From sequence record NC_052660.1: a stretch of DNA of 64,000 nucleotides, one strand, 5' to 3'. Shown here piece by piece: positions 60,225-64,000 of this stretch. Position 1 is the first letter of the stretch. The number at the start of each line of letters is the position of its first letter. Origin of the DNA: Escherichia phage tuntematon. The notes beneath the pieces are model-generated. The model saw only the letters and a program-made list of their open reading frames with translations. It did not search any database and was not told the DNA's origin. The position numbers were made by a program, and so were the translations under genes.

Positions 60225-62894
60225 TTTATAATTGGAAGGAATGTTGTTATAATCTGAAAGTTTTGTGCAATACCTGAATAGGTAACTATTAGCTACTCCG
60301 CCTAATGTATTTGTTAATGTTGTTCCTGTTCCTGTAAGATTTGTGCATCCACTAAAGAAAGAAGATAATGCTCCACGTTTACCACAAACAGTTAACCCTG
60401 GGTTGTCATTAAAGATTTTATTAAAATCTGTAAGTGCTAAACAACCTTGGAATGTAGCTGTTAAAGAGGTCACTTTCGTTGGAATATTATCAAACATTCC
60501 TGCTGGAACTTCTGCAAGAGAGGTGCAATCTTTAAAGGTGTAAGAATATCTTGTAACTTTTGATAGATTCTTAAATAAATCTGAAGGAATAGATGTTAAA
60601 GATGTACAACCTTCAAACGTGCTTGACATTGTTGTCAGCGAAGGAAATAAAGCATCACTGAATAATCCTTCAGGGATAGCTGTCAAACTTGTACAGCCAG
60701 AGAAGATACCACTTATAGATGTTCCGGTGTAAGATGTGTTACTAAAACAATCAGAAGTTATTCGTCTTAAGTTAGCACAACCTTTTAAGAATTGTGAGGC
60801 TGGGCTTGTAGAATAACCAATTCTGTTGCCGCCCCATAATTCTAAAAGATTTGGATTTGCTTCCATAGACACATCAACACTATTCACTACTGAAGCACTT
60901 GCAAATTCAATAGCCAGTCTATATTCTCCTGTTGGATAACTATCCACTGTAGAGAAAGCTTTATTTCTAAATATTACTTTATTTGAAGGTATTACAACGT
61001 CATCCACCTTAACTACAAAGTTAGCTGGTGTGACAGTACCCGATAAAATTGGGAACGTAATTGCCCCATCTGCCGAGTGGTTGAAATATCCGTTTAGAAC
61101 CGTTAAGCTACTACTAGGAGATGGAGCTAACTCCTTTCCCGCAACAGCATTCACCGTTAAATAAGAACTATCAGAAGCGGTAACAACACCTTGATACGTA
61201 GCTGTGCAACCAATCCTACAACCACCATCACCAACACCAGTTATTACACCAGTTGTAGGATCTACTGTAGCAACATTAGGATCTGTAGTTGTATACTCAA
61301 CAACCATACCAGGTAAGCTTGCTGCCCCTGTTGGCGTTATTTCTGCTACCATTGTTTGTGTTGTTCCTACATCCATTGCAGATAAGCTAGGGGTGTAAAC
61401 GCTCAATGTTGAAGCATATCCTCCAGAGGTATCTGATAAAGTTGTTCCTTCAGCGTTTAAGGCTGTCATACCTGCATCAAAACCACCTTCTGCATGGAAA
61501 GTCATTAAACCAGTAGATGATATTGTCATGTTTGCAGGGGCAGAAGAAGTGTATTTAATATCGAAAAGTTTACCTCCTTCTGGGCTAACAGAATGTGTCA
61601 ACTGTTTAGTTCCACCTACAATACAAATTCCTAAAGAATCTGTAGTTAAGCCAGTTGCCAGAATATCACCCGTAATCACGGAGCTTGCTATTGGTGTGAA
61701 TTTATTATAGTTTAGACCACTATTGAACAGATACGAGGCTTTCCCATCTTTCCAAATACCGGAATAATACATATCTCCATTATAAACGAAAAAGGTTCCT
61801 TGATAACCTAATTGGTTAGTAACATCCATATTCAGCGTATGAACGCTTGTGAGCTTGTTTATATCCCAAGAACCCACTCCTTCAGGTTTAACTGGTTTCC
61901 CCACTTGGAGTGGATCTCCGCTCGCAGAATCATACCCCAAACCTAAGTTTGCAGTGTAGTTCTTACCAATAGCCCACAAGGAATTATTGATCCCAACGAA
62001 AAAAGAGTGGCGGCTTGGTGGAAACTTCCATGTTGAGAAACCTGCTGCAAAGGTATCCAGTTTAGTGTAGGTTGTTTCTGTATTAGATCTAACATATAAG
62101 TAGTTTACTGTACCCGTGCCACCGGAGGTATCTCCTACAACTATTGTCTGGGAAACTGTATTGATGTAATCTTTGACATACACTGTTTCAGTAGCGGATA
62201 TCTTGGCATTGACAAAAGCTGTTGTTGTGTTATTATTACCTGCTAAACCTTTACTAGCTCCACAAACACGCAAGGTTCCCACATTGTTGACATAAGAGCA
62301 TTGGTTGTAACCTGCATCAAAAGCAACTGCTGCACTTGTTATCTGACGAGGAGTAGAAACTTCGTTAGTAGTACTTGCACCTAAACTACCTACTGTGTTT
62401 TGACCTGATCCATAAAGAACACCACTATTCATTAACCAGAGAGTGTTATTATATCCTCCCTTAACCTCTTTAAGATTAGCTAAAGAGATAGTCCCTGTTA
62501 TTACAGATGGAAAGCTGGTCCAAGTAGTTACACATGCGTCCGTACCACCTGCTGCTATAGATCCTACCAATCCTGCTGTCAATCCTGAATATTGCCATCC
62601 ACCACTGTTAGTTTTAATAACAAAACAACGATCTGCGGTAAACACATCCGCTACTACAGTAGAAGCTAAGTGGAAATTATTGAATCGTGCACTACGAGTT
62701 CCATCTGCAATCTCACCAAAGAGGTTTGCGCCTTGAGTAAACAATCTACCATCATTAAGCAAAATTGCTAAACTGCTGTTAGAATTACCAGCATTATCTG
62801 GGTAATCTAAAGCGATTACTTTTTTAACAATACCTGCTGGCAGAGGAACGACACCAGTGCTGGTCATAATAGTAAATATTGGAATTGGAAACAT
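60222..62894 (-). CDS. tail fibre / receptor-binding protein with C-terminal LRR-like repeats
   Basis: 890 aa; C-terminal repeats GCTSLTAIPEGLF, EGCTSLTSIPSDLF, KDCTSLAEVPAGMF, QGCLALTDF resemble BspA-type leucine-rich repeats; Gly/Thr/Ser-rich body. Confidence 0.65.
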   Translation of the reverse strand: MFPIPIFTIMTSTGVVPLPAGIVKKVIALDYPDNAGNSNSSLAILLNDGRLFTQGANLFGEIADGTRSARFNNFHLASTVVADVFTADRCFVIKTNSGGWQYSGLTAGLVGSIAAGGTDACVTTWTSFPSVITGTISLANLKEVKGGYNNTLWLMNSGVLYGSGQNTVGSLGASTTNEVSTPRQITSAAVAFDAGYNQCSYVNNVGTLRVCGASKGLAGNNNTTTAFVNAKISATETVYVKDYINTVSQTIVVGDTSGGTGTVNYLYVRSNTETTYTKLDTFAAGFSTWKFPPSRHSFFVGINNSLWAIGKNYTANLGLGYDSASGDPLQVGKPVKPEGVGSWDINKLTSVHTLNMDVTNQLGYQGTFFVYNGDMYYSGIWKDGKASYLFNSGLNYNKFTPIASSVITGDILATGLTTDSLGICIVGGTKQLTHSVSPEGGKLFDIKYTSSAPANMTISSTGLMTFHAEGGFDAGMTALNAEGTTLSDTSGGYASTLSVYTPSLSAMDVGTTQTMVAEITPTGAASLPGMVVEYTTTDPNVATVDPTTGVITGVGDGGCRIGCTATYQGVVTASDSSYLTVNAVAGKELAPSPSSSLTVLNGYFNHSADGAITFPILSGTVTPANFVVKVDDVVIPSNKVIFRNKAFSTVDSYPTGEYRLAIEFASASVVNSVDVSMEANPNLLELWGGNRIGYSTSPASQFLKGCANLRRITSDCFSNTSYTGTSISGIFSGCTSLTAIPEGLFSDALFPSLTTMSSTFEGCTSLTSIPSDLFKNLSKVTRYSYTFKDCTSLAEVPAGMFDNIPTKVTSLTATFQGCLALTDFNKIFNDNPGLTVCGKRGALSSFFSGCTNLTGTGTTLTNTLGGVANSYLFRYCTKLSDYNNIPSNYK

Positions 62895-62905
62895 TTAAAC
62901 CCTCC

Positions 62906-62931
62906 ATAAAAAGAAAGCCCCTTTCGGGGCT
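62906..62931 (-). terminator. terminator or attenuator between tail-fibre genes
   Basis: gcccc-tttc-ggggc followed on minus strand by TTTCTTTTTAT, then RBS GGAGGG. Confidence 0.6.
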
Positions 62932-62935
62932 TCTG

Positions 62936-64000
62936 TTATCGTGTTACAACAACCATGTCCACGATATCACCCACACCAGGATACGTTAATTGCAAAATTG
63001 TTACTGCGTTAGCAGTAGTTGCTATTTCTGTATCATTTAGTGCTCCATAAGACGCATCTAGTGTAACCGTGTGTCCCGTTGTATCTTGAATCAAATAAAT
63101 CATTGCTGAAAACGCTTTAGGTTTTGTAGAGCCAGTGACACCAGGCCATGCTCCAACTGTCAGAGCGTCAGTTACTGTAACAACATACATATTGGAAGTT
63201 CCAGAAGGAGTCCAAGATGCTCCAGAGTTGGCAGTAGTTGTTTCAAGTTCCATGAAACCTGCTGTAACTTTAGTTGGTGTTATAGCTTCCGTAGGATCTG
63301 ATCCTGATATTTCGATCCAGTTTCCATCAGAACGACCATACGTCAAGCCGTCTTGAGGGGCTTCTGGTATACTAGGAAGAGTTCCTATAAGTGTCCACGT
63401 AGAAGAATCTGTTTTCTTAAACACTGCTCCAGTGGTAGTATTGAAGGCGTAATCATTGATAACACCGTCTCCTGCGACTGGATTAGTTGTTGCTACAAAC
63501 CATTGTGCGCCGTCCTTACCGTTGGTCCCATTAGTACCATTGGTTCCGTTTGCTCCTGGATCACCTTTCTCACCTTTATCTCCCTTCTCGCCTTTGTCAC
63601 CTTTAATACTCCCCATGTCAACAAAAGATGCGGAATTGGTGTCTTGATCATAAGTATAGATGTAAAGATTACTGGTGTCTTCAGTTAAATAAGCATCGCC
63701 ATAGTTATTATAAACGGGGAGAGCTTCTCCATTTGCAACATGACCTTTAGCTGTAATAGATCTACCACCCAAACTACCCACATTGAGCCACGTTTGATTG
63801 TCGTCGATCCACACGTAAAGGTCATTTTTTACAATGTAGGCATCACCAACCTCCGCTACAGACGGTAGTTCTGAAACATCTGACAATTCGCCATTTACAG
63901 AAAGACCTGCACCAACCGGACCTTGGATACCTTGAACACCCTGTTCACCTTGTGGACCAGGATCTCCCTTATCTCCTTTGTCCCCCTTCTCTCCTTTTAA
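62936..64000 (-). CDS. collagen-like tail-fibre protein, 5' end beyond window
   Basis: Gly-X-Y repeats GDKGEKGDKGEKGDPGANGTNGTNGTNGKDG; frame stays open through 63887-64000 (KGEKGDKGDKGDPGPQGEQGVQGIQGPVGAG), so ORF-track start at 63886 (a TTG) is not the true start. Confidence 0.75.
   Translation of the reverse strand, partial: LKGEKGDKGDKGDPGPQGEQGVQGIQGPVGAGLSVNGELSDVSELPSVAEVGDAYIVKNDLYVWIDDNQTWLNVGSLGGRSITAKGHVANGEALPVYNNYGDAYLTEDTSNLYIYTYDQDTNSASFVDMGSIKGDKGEKGDKGEKGDPGANGTNGTNGTNGKDGAQWFVATTNPVAGDGVINDYAFNTTTGAVFKKTDSSTWTLIGTLPSIPEAPQDGLTYGRSDGNWIEISGSDPTEAITPTKVTAGFMELETTTANSGASWTPSGTSNMYVVTVTDALTVGAWPGVTGSTKPKAFSAMIYLIQDTTGHTVTLDASYGALNDTEIATTANAVTILQLTYPGVGDIVDMVVVTR

Noticed and set aside
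1-64000. Prophage or integrative element interpretation (integrase, attachment sites, transposase)
   Set aside because: No integrase, recombinase, repressor module or transposase recognised; content fits a lytic phage.
1-64000. Assigning the segment to a named phage genus (T5-like, Felix-O1-like and others were considered)
   Set aside because: T7-type polymerase and primase-helicase with PeSL-like cassettes do not uniquely match any genus I can recall with confidence; this needs a database search.

Overview
64-kb segment of a virulent dsDNA phage genome, host probably Gram-negative (sigma70-type TTGACA/TATAAT promoters, AGGAG ribosome-binding sites, roughly 40% GC by eye). No integrase, transposase, rRNA, tRNA or CRISPR array was seen. 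All functional calls come from motif recognition by eye, not database searches. Layout: (i) 1-4291, leftward operon of 13 small genes including tandem paralogs; (ii) 4292-5890, ORF-poor control region with tandem repeats, hairpins, Fur-box-like palindromes and a GT-skewed tract; (iii) 5891-17438, about 45 small leftward early genes, most preceded by a reiterated promoter plus GC stem-loop cassette (here called PeSL-like; 24 copies); (iv) 17803-18610, ORF-free AT-rich hub with an orphan promoter; (v) 18611-24883, leftward operon (NADAR, P-loop ATPase, Zn-ribbon protein, small membrane proteins); (vi) 24998-60165, rightward block: candidate anti-defence genes (DUF2829-like, macrodomain), SF1 helicase, anaerobic ribonucleotide reductase NrdD/NrdG, a Ter-like module (HAD hydrolase, phosphoribosyltransferase, TerC, TelA-like, vWA, TerD), a secreted SleB-type hydrolase, four glycosyltransferases, T7-type primase-helicase, N6-adenine methyltransferase, family-A DNA polymerase and SSB; (vii) 60222-64000, leftward tail-fibre genes, the last running off the window. 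Many real genes are under 60 aa and are absent from or mis-started in the ORF track; those coordinates were re-derived by hand translation. Regulatory motif coordinates are hand-counted and may be off by 1-2 bp. The most interesting candidates are the phage-borne Ter-like module, the NADAR plus macrodomain pair, and the PeSL-like cassette array.
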